Origin: Gracilimonas sediminicola
GTDB lineage: Bacteria > Bacteroidota > Rhodothermia > Balneolales > Balneolaceae
Direction: 5' to 3' (one strand)
DNA: 32,000 nucleotides
Assembly (NCBI RefSeq): GCF_046115515.1
Contig: NZ_CP175953.1
Position numbers and translations under genes: made by a program. The notes under the pieces are model-generated. The model worked only from the letters and a program-made list of their open reading frames with translations, was not told where the DNA came from and did no database searches. Positions 7,868 to 16,436 of this stretch are shown here, in pieces (the stretch's first letter is position 1; each line of letters begins with the position of its first letter).

Positions 7868-7895
7868 TCAAGGTTCAAAAACAAAGGAACCTTGA
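7868..7895. terminator. Hairpin between convergent units (candidate bidirectional intrinsic terminator)
   Basis: Perfect 9-bp stem TCAAGGTTC/GAACCTTGA with a 10-nt loop. On the - strand it is followed by TTTATTGGATT, about 70 nt after the fliR stop. On the + strand it is followed by TTGGCTTGATTT. Confidence 0.5.
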
Positions 7896-7964
7896 TTGGC
7901 TTGATTTCGGGATTACCGTGATTTTCATTTAAAGCTCTCGTAATCGGGACGATGTACCTTTGCC

Positions 7965-8753
7965 TTAAAATTCCAGCGGAGAAATGACACCCATCACTTC
8001 CACCAGGAAGTCGTACAGGTGCTGGAACATTAAATCGAAGGCGGCTGGCAGGTACGGGATGGCGAGCATCAGCAGGGCGATCCCTACACCGAACTTAATG
8101 GGAAGGGCGATAAACATCATGTTGGCCTGAGGCATGATCCGGGCAAAAATAGCCAGCGATACATCCAACAGAAACAGCACAATGATAAACGGAGAGGCAA
8201 TCTGAACCCCGATCGTAAAAAGGTAGGTCGCTATCTCAAGCATATACGGACCGGCCAAGTGAATTTGGGCTTCATTAACGGGTATAACCTCAAAGCTTTT
8301 TGCCAGCGCACTGATATAGACCTTGTCTCCGTCAATCGAAAGAAAAACCAACACAGCTATCATACTAAAAAGGTTACTGAGTACAGCACTTTGTTGCTGG
8401 GTTGAACTGTCGATCATATTGGCAAAGCTGAGTCCGGTATTTAAACTTATAAGCATCCCTGCCATTTCCAATCCTGCAAACACAAGCTGGCCTACCAGCC
8501 CAAGAGCCATTCCCACTAATACTTCGAGAATAATGGCCTGGAAAATAAATAGCGTGCCGTCACTGGCAGAAACGAATGCCCCATCGGCCGGGATGGCAAA
8601 GAAAAGCAGAATGGTAGTCGCCATTGCAAAAAACAGCTTAATCTGCTTGGGAAAAGCCGCCGAACTGAAAAAAGGTCCGGTCATGATAAGCGCAGCTACC
8701 CGGGTAAAAACAAGGAACACCGATAAAATCATATCTACAGTAAGCGATTCCAT
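7965..8753 (-). CDS. fliR: Flagellar export apparatus protein FliR
   Basis: 262-aa polytopic membrane protein with an N-terminus ILSVFLVFTRVAALIMTGPFFSS typical of FliR. It is the last gene of the fliPQR set. Confidence 0.93.
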   Translation of the reverse strand: MESLTVDMILSVFLVFTRVAALIMTGPFFSSAAFPKQIKLFFAMATTILLFFAIPADGAFVSASDGTLFIFQAIILEVLVGMALGLVGQLVFAGLEMAGMLISLNTGLSFANMIDSSTQQQSAVLSNLFSMIAVLVFLSIDGDKVYISALAKSFEVIPVNEAQIHLAGPYMLEIATYLFTIGVQIASPFIIVLFLLDVSLAIFARIMPQANMMFIALPIKFGVGIALLMLAIPYLPAAFDLMFQHLYDFLVEVMGVISPLEF

Positions 8754-8799
8754 TTACCTACCTCCGGGTTGCTGTTTCGGTGAGCACGAAAGCCTGCGG

Positions 8800-9069
8800 T
8801 TATTGGGTAATCTGCGGTATGAAGTCGAACACACGCTGGGTGAAATCAACCGCAAACTGCAACATGAAGCCAAAAGCGAAAAACAGTACTACTACTACCA
8901 CTACCATCTTAGGGATATAACTCAGGGTCATTTCCTGAATAGAGGTAGCCGCCTGGAAAATGGCGACAGCTAAACCTACGGCAAGCGCTCCAACCATAGC
9001 CGGAGAACATAAAACAACTACGGCTGTGAGCATTTCCTGTAACCAAAAAAGTGCTGTATCTATATTCAT
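8800..9069 (-). CDS. fliQ: Flagellar export apparatus protein FliQ
   Basis: 89 aa with two TM helices, the AIFQAATSIQEMTLSYIPK motif, and a position between fliP and fliR. Confidence 0.93.
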   Translation of the reverse strand: MNIDTALFWLQEMLTAVVVLCSPAMVGALAVGLAVAIFQAATSIQEMTLSYIPKMVVVVVVLFFAFGFMLQFAVDFTQRVFDFIPQITQ

Positions 9070-9075
9070 TCTTCT

Positions 9076-9900
9076 CTAATTAAAACTTTCAACCAGCGAC
9101 TGTACCAGCAGGTACCAGCCATCGGTAAGTACAAAAACAAGGATTTTAAAAGGCAGCGAAACCATCACCGGCGGAAGGAACATAATACCCATTGCCAGCA
9201 AGATAGAAGCTACCACAAGGTCTATGACCATAAAGGGCAGGTAAATCATAAAGCCAATCTGGAAGGCTACCCTAAGCTCGCTTAGCACATAGGCCGGTAC
9301 GGCTACATAAAGTGGCAGGGTTTCAATATCATCCACGCTTTGAATTTCCGCCATGTCCATAAAATACAGCAGGTCCTGATCTGATGTCTGCCGAACCATA
9401 AACTCCTTGAGCGGAACCGCAGCTGCCCCCAGTGCTTCCATTTGCGTCATTTCTTCGTTGATATACGGCTGAATGGCTTCCTCGTTCATCCGGTCAAATG
9501 TGGGCTTCATAATGAAAATAGTGAGGAATAATGCCAGCCCTACCAACACCTGGTTGGGCGGAGATTGCTGTGTACCCAACCCCATCCGCAAAAAGAAAAA
9601 CACCACGATAATCCTGGTAAAGCTGGTCATCATGGTGATGAAAGCCGATCCGAATGAAAGTACTGTGATTAAAATCAGTGCCTGAATCGGCAAGGTAAAA
9701 TCTTCGTCCTGGGCCGTTGCGCCGGTGTTTCCAATCGATAGATCGATTTGCGGAATGGCTTGAATAAACATAGGGCTTGTTACCGAAGCCAGGTTAAGCG
9801 GCGCTGCCTCAGAAGACGACGGCATGGCAACAAACAGGGCGGCCATTACCATAAAAACCTTCGCAAACAACGAACTTTTAAGTTTCAACTTCGACATCAT
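9076..9900 (-). CDS. fliP: Flagellar export apparatus protein FliP
   Basis: 274 aa with an N-terminal signal-like segment and the conserved FTRIIVVFFFLRMGLGTQQSPPNQVLVGLALFLT block. Confidence 0.95.
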   Translation of the reverse strand: MMSKLKLKSSLFAKVFMVMAALFVAMPSSSEAAPLNLASVTSPMFIQAIPQIDLSIGNTGATAQDEDFTLPIQALILITVLSFGSAFITMMTSFTRIIVVFFFLRMGLGTQQSPPNQVLVGLALFLTIFIMKPTFDRMNEEAIQPYINEEMTQMEALGAAAVPLKEFMVRQTSDQDLLYFMDMAEIQSVDDIETLPLYVAVPAYVLSELRVAFQIGFMIYLPFMVIDLVVASILLAMGIMFLPPVMVSLPFKILVFVLTDGWYLLVQSLVESFN

Positions 9901-9901
9901 C

Positions 9902-10483
9902 TTAGTTCTTGAACATTTTATAGAGTGATTTAAAATCAGCGGAACCGTTTTTGATCTCTGCTATTTCTTCCAAGCCTTCGTTTTCATTCCACTCTGATTT
10001 AGGGATGCGATGCAGTAAATTCAGCGATCCTGCGGTCATTCCCATCACCCACACCTCATTATTAATTTCTACAAACTTCAGCTGTGCTCCTTGCCCCAGA
10101 ATATGTTCTCCCAAGTCCCGCCCATCTTGTTTTTGCTGGGTTGAACCGGACTTTTTTCTTGCCCAAAACCAAACCAGTCCCAGCATCCCCATCATAACCA
10201 GGAAGGTGGTAAATGCATTTTGAAAAACGGTGTCTTCCCCGGCATTTTCCGGCTCTGCAGCTGATACTTCAACTTCAGCGGTTTTCTGCCCCAGGCTTGT
10301 TTTCAAACCCTGGGTGCGCTCTATTGCTTCGGGATTGGATGCAGCCGTTTCAGTGGCTGAGAACTCCATTCGTGATACCAGAAACATCCAGATAACCAAC
10401 AGGGCCACTGCAAACGCAAGCACGATTTTGAGTACGTTCTGTGGCTTCTTTTTTGACTGTGAAAGGATTTTGGTGAAGTCCAT
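9902..10483 (-). CDS. fliO: Flagellar biosynthesis protein FliO (FliZ)
   Basis: 193 aa. A TM segment FLVMMGMLGLVWFWARKK is followed by LGQGAQLKFVEINNEVWVMGMTAGSLNLL, which is FliO-like. It sits between fliN and fliP. Its ATG shares one nt with the fliN stop (TAATG). An extra N-terminal hydrophobic segment makes the exact start uncertain. Confidence 0.7.
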   Translation of the reverse strand: MDFTKILSQSKKKPQNVLKIVLAFAVALLVIWMFLVSRMEFSATETAASNPEAIERTQGLKTSLGQKTAEVEVSAAEPENAGEDTVFQNAFTTFLVMMGMLGLVWFWARKKSGSTQQKQDGRDLGEHILGQGAQLKFVEINNEVWVMGMTAGSLNLLHRIPKSEWNENEGLEEIAEIKNGSADFKSLYKMFKN

Positions 10484-11421
10484 TACGAGAGCTTGGCTAA
10501 TCGTTGGCGGGTAGTAATCAGGTTTGAGATCCGAACCCCAAAGTGTTCGTCTACAACTACAACTTCGCCGTGGGCAATACGCTGCCCGTTTACGAGGATA
10601 TCAACTGGCTCACCGGCCAGCTTCTCTAATTCTATTACAGAACCTTTTGCAAGCTGAAGTACTTTACCAAGCGGTAATTCGATGCGGCCAAGTTCCACCG
10701 ACACATCCATTTCCACATCTTTGAGCAGCTCCATGCTGTTTCCGTCACCGTTTTTAATGGCCGGTGTGGTTTGCTCAAAATCTTCGAACTCAATATAGCG
10801 GCCGGATATCACCTCTTCCTGAGCCCCGGCTTTTTCGAGTTCTTCGGAACCGGATGGGGTAAACTCATTTTCTGTCGGTTCTTCCTGAACTTCCTCTTCA
10901 GGTTCTTCTTCTACTTCAACCTGCGCTTCCGGATTCCCGAATACTGCGGCTGCTTTAATTTTGTCGTCAGCCAGGCCTTCCACTTCCATCATACCAAAGA
11001 AATATTCGGTATGTCCTAATTTGTCTTCCAGCTGCTTAAGCGCTAATACTTCCAGCTCGCGAAGATCAAATTCCTGCCCGTCTTCTTTCAATTTCTTGGA
11101 CAGCGTTGTGGAAAGTTCGGACGAAAACTTCATCAGTAAGTCTTTAGTCACTTCATTGAAGGAGCTTTCATCCACACCCAACATGATACTGGAAAGAATG
11201 GCAAACCAGTCTTTATCCAGAATACAGATAAGGTCGGTCTCGGTGTTTTCATCTCTTGTAAGAATGAAAATATCTTCCTTAACCATTTTCTTCAGAAAAT
11301 CTTCTGTTGAAATGGCTTCAAAAGAGGTAATCTCAATATTCGTTTCCTCCAGCAGTACAGAAGTTAAATACTTCTCTATTTCGGGAAGGTTGTTTTGCAG
11401 TTGTTCTTGATAGTAATTCAT
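10483..11421 (-). CDS. fliN: Flagellar motor switch protein FliN, long FliY-like form
   Basis: 312 aa. The C-terminal ~80 aa is a classic SpoA/FliN domain (VSVELGRIELPLGKVLQLAKGSVIELEKLAGEPVDILVNGQRIAHGEVVVVDEHFGVRI). It also has an N-terminal ~165-aa domain and an acidic linker (EVEEEPEEEVQEEPTENE). Confidence 0.9.
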   Translation of the reverse strand: MNYYQEQLQNNLPEIEKYLTSVLLEETNIEITSFEAISTEDFLKKMVKEDIFILTRDENTETDLICILDKDWFAILSSIMLGVDESSFNEVTKDLLMKFSSELSTTLSKKLKEDGQEFDLRELEVLALKQLEDKLGHTEYFFGMMEVEGLADDKIKAAAVFGNPEAQVEVEEEPEEEVQEEPTENEFTPSGSEELEKAGAQEEVISGRYIEFEDFEQTTPAIKNGDGNSMELLKDVEMDVSVELGRIELPLGKVLQLAKGSVIELEKLAGEPVDILVNGQRIAHGEVVVVDEHFGVRISNLITTRQRLAKLS

Positions 11422-11423
11422 AG

Positions 11424-12359
11424 TTATACCAGTTCCTGTTCGTTAATTTCTTCGAGGAGTTCAAAAATTTTGACCGCTCTGTGTCCCTGTATAACTCCGG
11501 GATATGCGGTCATTTTCTTTACGCCATTCACGCGTATTTCCAGCGGCTTGTCCGATTTTTGCCGCAGCGGGATGGTATCGCCTTCTTTTAGATTCATGAT
11601 TTCATCCAGGGTGAGCCGGGTAGTTCCCAGCAGCGACTGAATGCGGATATTGGCTTTCTCCAGGGTTCGCTTATAGGACTCCATTTCTTCTTCCGAAAGC
11701 CGTTCTTTGCGAGAGTTCACCCCCTTTTTCATGATCGTATCGTTCATCGCCTTTTTGAGCAGGCTGTAGGAATAGGAAATGCCGATCTGAATTTTTTGCC
11801 CGCCGAGATCTACTTCAAACTTCACCACAATGTTAGGGTCCACTGCAGCCAGGTTCAGATTCTCTGGCTTGCTCTCGTACTTTATTCCATCCACCTTAAA
11901 ATCCATGTACGGCTCCCAGGCCAGCACCACTTCATTGCTGATGCTCCCCATGATTCGCGACATGATTTTTTCTTCGATTACCGTAAGGATCCTGCGCTCG
12001 CTCAGCTGCTTTTCAGCCCCTCCGCTTTGCCGTTCAATCAGGTGAATGCAAAATTCAGGAGGAAGCACTACTACCACTTCACCGCCCAACTCGTTAACCT
12101 CGAGCAGATAAATCGTACTCGGGCTTTTAATTTCGTGAGCAAATTCTGATGAGGAAAGCTGATCTACCTTTTGCAGATATACATCTACTTTATAGCGAAG
12201 TGAAGAGCTGAGAATACGGCTGAGGTTTCGGGAAAATACTTCATGAATAGCCTGCAGCGTCCTCATGATTTCCTTACTAAACAGCTTAGGATGTTTGAAA
12301 TCGTAGGATTCTACATATTTAACATTTCCCAATGTACGCCTGGGCAGCTTCGATTCCAT
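11424..12359 (-). CDS. fliM: Flagellar motor switch protein FliM
   Basis: 311 aa. It has the YDFKHPKLFSKEIMRTLQAIHEVFSRNL block typical of FliM and a C-terminal SpoA-like domain. The N-terminus is short and lacks LSQxEIDxLL. Confidence 0.9.
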   Translation of the reverse strand: MESKLPRRTLGNVKYVESYDFKHPKLFSKEIMRTLQAIHEVFSRNLSRILSSSLRYKVDVYLQKVDQLSSSEFAHEIKSPSTIYLLEVNELGGEVVVVLPPEFCIHLIERQSGGAEKQLSERRILTVIEEKIMSRIMGSISNEVVLAWEPYMDFKVDGIKYESKPENLNLAAVDPNIVVKFEVDLGGQKIQIGISYSYSLLKKAMNDTIMKKGVNSRKERLSEEEMESYKRTLEKANIRIQSLLGTTRLTLDEIMNLKEGDTIPLRQKSDKPLEIRVNGVKKMTAYPGVIQGHRAVKIFELLEEINEQELV

Positions 12360-12384
12360 AAGAGTTTCCGTTCTTGGTTTACGA

Positions 12385-12888
12385 TCATTGCATTACATAT
12401 TTAGTGAAATACAAATTGCGTACCGAACGTACTCCGATAGAGGAATTAATTAATCCTGAAAGTTCTCTCCTTAATTCTTCGCGCCCCGCTACCCGGGTAA
12501 GTTGGTCAACATTACGTGACGAAAGCGCGTCAATAATTTCTTGCTTCAGCTTCATCATATTCTCGTCGAGAAGCGAAACATGGTCTTTATCGTCCAATTC
12601 AAGGCTTATTTCCACCATCAGGTATCTTTTCCCATAGGTATTGGCAGGATTCACCACCATCTCTTCCATTTGATAGGTGCCGTAATCGGACGGACTTTTC
12701 TCACTCATTTTAGCAAAAACGGTTGGATAATATTTATCCACAATGGCGTACGCCAGAAATCCCTGCCCCACCAGAATGAGAACAAGCAGGAAATATTTTC
12801 CGAGCTTAAGAAAATTTGGCCCGCCTTTACGCTTCTTGGCTTTTATATCCTTTTTGTCCTTTTGGTCGTTTTTATTTTCTGTAGCCAT
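12385..12888 (-). CDS. fliL: Flagellar basal-body-associated protein FliL
   Basis: 167 aa with a basic N-terminus and a single TM (YFLLVLILVGQGFLAYAIV), then MVVNPANTYGKRYLMVEISLELDD, the characteristic FliL core. It sits between motB and fliM. Confidence 0.85.
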   Translation of the reverse strand: MATENKNDQKDKKDIKAKKRKGGPNFLKLGKYFLLVLILVGQGFLAYAIVDKYYPTVFAKMSEKSPSDYGTYQMEEMVVNPANTYGKRYLMVEISLELDDKDHVSLLDENMMKLKQEIIDALSSRNVDQLTRVAGREELRRELSGLINSSIGVRSVRNLYFTKYVMQ

Positions 12889-12899
12889 GATGGTAACTG

Positions 12900-13655
12900 T
12901 TAATTTGTTGATGGATTGTAAACCGGAATAGGCTCATCAAATGGCAGCACGGCCTCAAGAGCTCCTCTGGCAATCAGGTCTTTCAGGTAAATTTCAACGC
13001 GCCGGTTTTTTCTTCTTCCATCCGTTGTTTCATTTTCCGATACGGGGCGGTATTCGCCAAAACTGCTTGCCTTGAAATACTGTGGGTTAATATCCGCCTG
13101 AGCCTGAAGATATTGAACCACTGAAACCGACCGGGCTGCTCCCAAATGCCAGTTTGATTGGAACAACATGTTACTGATAGGCACATTATCGGTATGCCCC
13201 TGTACCTCAATATCAATTTCACGCTCTCCCAGAACTTCAGCAACCTGCTCCAATACGATCTTAGCCTCCGGCAATAATTCGGAAGAACCACTTTCAAATG
13301 TCAGCGAATCACTCAGGGTGATTTTAACTCCGTCCTGCAGTAGCTGAATATCCACTTCGGAGGCTACATCCTGCTCATGCAAAAAATCGGCAAAGGCTTC
13401 CCATCGCTCCATTTGCTCTTCCATCATTTGCTCGAGCTGCTCGGGTTCTATTTTATTCTCAATACTTTCTACGGCCGCCTGAGATTCCGGCAGGAAGCCC
13501 GCATTCTTCTGGAAGTATTGTATAAAACTGTTAAACGATGTTTTCTCAACACCGGAAGTCATGGTATATAGCAACACAAAGAACGTGAGAATCAACGTCA
13601 CAAGGTCACTATAGGTCACTAACCAGCCTTGAGAATCTCCTTCAGATTTTCCCAT
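12900..13655 (-). CDS. motB: Flagellar stator protein MotB (OmpA-like C-terminal domain)
   Basis: 251 aa. It has GWLVTYSDLVTLILTFFVLLY (the conserved Asp-containing TM plug region) and an OmpA-like C-terminus (VQGHTDNVPI...NWHLGAARSVSV...NRRVEIYL). It overlaps the motA 3' end by 37 nt, and no alternative start is available. Confidence 0.9.
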   Translation of the reverse strand: MGKSEGDSQGWLVTYSDLVTLILTFFVLLYTMTSGVEKTSFNSFIQYFQKNAGFLPESQAAVESIENKIEPEQLEQMMEEQMERWEAFADFLHEQDVASEVDIQLLQDGVKITLSDSLTFESGSSELLPEAKIVLEQVAEVLGEREIDIEVQGHTDNVPISNMLFQSNWHLGAARSVSVVQYLQAQADINPQYFKASSFGEYRPVSENETTDGRRKNRRVEIYLKDLIARGALEAVLPFDEPIPVYNPSTN

Positions 13656-14497
13656 TCTTTATCCTGTTGTTCGATCCAAAGTTTGTAAAACTTCTCGTCT
13701 CGTTGTTTGATGATCTTTAATTCTTCATGGTGTTTCACATACTCGGCCCGGCTGTGCGGATCAATATGGATCAGCATTTTCTTTTCCATGATGCGGGGAT
13801 TTTCACCGGCAACGATAGACAAAATGCCCACCCGGAACATCCGCTTTCGGTTCAAATCAATTTCACTCAAATACTCTAATTTAGCTGCCAACGGACCCAC
13901 GATCATATTGGCGAACATACTTCCATATAGTGTAGTCAAAAGGGCCACTGCCATACCGGCCCCAAGCGCTTCCGGATCCGAAATATTCTGAAGCATCAAT
14001 ACCAGCCCTACAATGGTCCCAATCATTCCGAAGGCTGGTCCGTAGGTAGCCAGTGAATTCATAACACCGGCTGCAAGTTCTAAATCCCGCTCTGCTCCTT
14101 TAATTTCATCGGCAAGAATGCTATCCAGGCTTTCCTCTTTGAAACCGTCAACCGCCAGCTGAAGACCGTTCTTCAGATAGTCATCTTTTAAGTGTTTGAT
14201 GTCGTTATCCAGAATCAACAATCCACCGGTTCTAACACGCCGGGCAAACATACTGAGCAGCTCCATGTCGGTTCGGAGGTCGATAGAGGTCACTTTCATT
14301 AATCCCATGAAAGTTTTAAAACTCGTTTTGATGTCATCAATGCTGAAGCTGATCATGGTTGAAGCCATCGCCCCACCAACCACAATAAAAAGAGAAGACA
14401 AACTCAAGAATATGAGAATACTGCCTTCCATCATGATGGAACCGATGATCAGGGTGAACCCAATAACTAAACCTATGATTGTTGAACGATCTAACAT
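13619..14497 (-). CDS. motA: Flagellar stator protein MotA (MotA/TolQ/ExbB family)
   Basis: 292 aa with four TM segments and the GPAFGMIGTIVGLVLML and LLTTLYGSMFANMIVGPLA motifs. motB follows directly. Confidence 0.9.
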   Translation of the reverse strand: MLDRSTIIGLVIGFTLIIGSIMMEGSILIFLSLSSLFIVVGGAMASTMISFSIDDIKTSFKTFMGLMKVTSIDLRTDMELLSMFARRVRTGGLLILDNDIKHLKDDYLKNGLQLAVDGFKEESLDSILADEIKGAERDLELAAGVMNSLATYGPAFGMIGTIVGLVLMLQNISDPEALGAGMAVALLTTLYGSMFANMIVGPLAAKLEYLSEIDLNRKRMFRVGILSIVAGENPRIMEKKMLIHIDPHSRAEYVKHHEELKIIKQRDEKFYKLWIEQQDKEWENLKEILKAG

Positions 14498-14504
14498 ATT
14501 TCCT

Positions 14505-14531
14505 TTATCGGTATATGGGTAAAAATCTTAA
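14505..14531 (-). promoter_or_regulatory. Sigma-28-like motif TTAAG-N14-ACCGATAA abutting the motA start
   Basis: The - strand reads TTAAGatttttacccatatACCGATAAaggaaatATG. The -10-like box ends only 7 nt before the motA ATG, which would imply a nearly leaderless transcript. A second -10-like GCCGATAC lies at 14595-14602 (- strand) with a poor -35. Confidence 0.3.
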
Positions 14532-14623
14532 GAGGATATCCCCCTGTTTTTCTAAAAGTGTACAGGAACTCATCTGTAATGCGATATAGGATTGGTATCG
14601 GCATTTTTTAAAAGTTCATAAGC

Positions 14624-14680
14624 AAAAAAAGCTCCACCCCCATAATTGATCTACAGACCAATTTCTGTGAGCAGAGCTTT
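14624..14680 (-). terminator. Imperfect hairpin plus T-run after flgE (candidate intrinsic terminator)
   Basis: The - strand has AAAGCTC...GAGCTTT followed by TTTTGC. The 39-nt interior has short internal pairings (CAC/GTG, AATTG/CAATT). It starts about 40 nt after the flgE stop. Confidence 0.3.
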
Positions 14681-14722
14681 AACCTTAACTATGAAAAATT
14701 AGCTACGTTATCGTTTGGCTAA

Positions 14723-16345
14723 TTACCTTTTCAGATTTACTGCTTCTGTCAACATTTCGTCAGAAGTTGTGATTACCCGAGCGTTTGACTGATAGGCTCG
14801 CTGTGAGGTAATCATATTTGTGAATTCTTTAGCCAGGTCAACATTTGATCCTTCCAAAGAACCGGAGTTAATAGCTGTTCCGGCAAAGCTATCGGCTGTG
14901 TTTACAAACATTTCGCCGGCAGCTGAGGTAGCACGGAACAATCCGCTTCCTACCATTTCAAGTCCATTCTGGTTTTGAACCTGCGCAAGAGCAAGCTGCG
15001 CCAAAACGGTGCTGTTTCCGTTGTCATAAATTCCCTGAACCTGTCCGGCTCCATCAATGGCAACATCAATCAGCTGACCCTGAGTGTAACCGTCCTGGCT
15101 AATCACCTTAGCAGAATTGGATCCTGCATATTGTGTGAACCGGGTTCCTGTTTGGGAATCACCGAGGTTTACGGAGAAGCTGGATGTGCTCGCTCCTCTA
15201 CCCGGGTCAAAAGTCATGTTCAGCATATCATCGGAAGAAAGCTGGCCGAGTTCATCAAACGTAACGGTTCCGGAAGCTCCGCTTGTGATGGTTTCGCCAT
15301 CAAGGAAACGGGCGTCGTATTGCCATTCGTTGGTTCCAACCTGTGTGAACTCAAGCATCAGTGAGTGAGCCTGACCAAGATCATCATACACCGTGGTACT
15401 CATGGTTTGTGTGTTGGTTTGGCCTTCCTGAATGGTTTGCAGTCCCGGGAAGTTGATGTCTCCCGCTCCGGTTACCGATACATTAGAAATATCGAGCTCA
15501 CTGTCGCCCATGGTAGCAGAGCGCAGGTTCATCATTCCGTCAATCAGCGAAAGCTGGCCTTCAGCCGATGTTAATCCGCTGTTGAAGCTGTTAATCATAT
15601 CTCCAACTGTGTCACCGGCAGAATAGGTATGAGAGATAGTTGCAGTCGTTCCGTCGTTTAATGTAACGTCGAACGAAATTACATCACCGGCAGATAGATC
15701 CGTCAGTGTTTGGCTGAGATCGTTTATAGGAGTTGATGCTGTTGCATTGTCCCCGGTTGCGGTGGTAAATCCACTTTGAGCTTGCAGTACTTTGCTAACG
15801 CTGGTTCCTGCATTCAGGTTACCGGCAAGCGTTACGTTATCTGTTTTCTTTGGAGGAAGTACGTTTTCAAAATCGATACGAACATCTTCAGCAGTACCGC
15901 CGCCTAAAATGTTTCCGGCACTGTCAGCGATGTATCCCTGAACCGAACGTCCGGCCTGATCAACCAGCATACCATCTTTGTTAAACACAAAGTTACCGGC
16001 TCGGGTCATCAGGTTTTCACCTCCGTCTGATACCATAAAGTATCCTTCGCCTTCTATGGCTAAATCGGTGGATCGGCCTGTGCTTTGCATCGCGCCCTGG
16101 CTAAAATCGCGACTGATGGAAGATACACGCACTCCCAACCCAACCTGGTTGCTCAGCTGTGGGGAGGAATCTCCGCCTCCGCCTGCACGGCCTAAACGCT
16201 CACTCATCATCTCAGCAAAAGTAACCGATGATGATTTGTAGCCCGCCGTTTCTACGTTTGCGATGTTATTACCTATAACATCCATTTTGGTTTGAAATGC
16301 TCTCAAACCGCTAACACCTGAATTTAAAGATTTGACTAATGACAT
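14723..16345 (-). CDS. flgE: Flagellar hook protein FlgE
   Basis: 540 aa. It has an N-terminal SGVSGLRAFQTKMDVIGNNIANVETAGYK and a C-terminal MITSQRAYQSNARVITTSDEMLTEAVNLKR (the flagellar rod/hook family termini). It follows flgD, with SD GGAGAT upstream. Confidence 0.85.
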   Translation of the reverse strand: MSLVKSLNSGVSGLRAFQTKMDVIGNNIANVETAGYKSSSVTFAEMMSERLGRAGGGGDSSPQLSNQVGLGVRVSSISRDFSQGAMQSTGRSTDLAIEGEGYFMVSDGGENLMTRAGNFVFNKDGMLVDQAGRSVQGYIADSAGNILGGGTAEDVRIDFENVLPPKKTDNVTLAGNLNAGTSVSKVLQAQSGFTTATGDNATASTPINDLSQTLTDLSAGDVISFDVTLNDGTTATISHTYSAGDTVGDMINSFNSGLTSAEGQLSLIDGMMNLRSATMGDSELDISNVSVTGAGDINFPGLQTIQEGQTNTQTMSTTVYDDLGQAHSLMLEFTQVGTNEWQYDARFLDGETITSGASGTVTFDELGQLSSDDMLNMTFDPGRGASTSSFSVNLGDSQTGTRFTQYAGSNSAKVISQDGYTQGQLIDVAIDGAGQVQGIYDNGNSTVLAQLALAQVQNQNGLEMVGSGLFRATSAAGEMFVNTADSFAGTAINSGSLEGSNVDLAKEFTNMITSQRAYQSNARVITTSDEMLTEAVNLKR

Positions 16346-16436
16346 AAGTTATCTCCTGTCTTTTTGAAAATTGCAGCCTTTAGTACTGCCGGGCGATGCT
16401 ACGCGATGCCCTTTTTGTTTTTTTGATTAATTACGT

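Noticed and set aside
7708-7964. A search of the 257-bp non-coding stretch before fliR for a tRNA, another small RNA gene or a small ORF.
   Set aside because: I found no cloverleaf-compatible arms or conserved T-loop/D-loop strings and no ORF of meaningful length. Only the hairpins were seen, and the strongest (7868-7895) is reported.
8323-8973. 216-aa + strand ORF antisense to fliR and fliQ. Similar long antisense ORFs occur at 24150-24812, 22290-22847, 10961-11410, 3188-3616 and 20322-21304.
   Set aside because: Each lies entirely opposite a gene with an unmistakable flagellar protein signature. Their translations are low-complexity or Ser/Pro/Arg-rich with no recognisable motifs. They are typical shadow ORFs.
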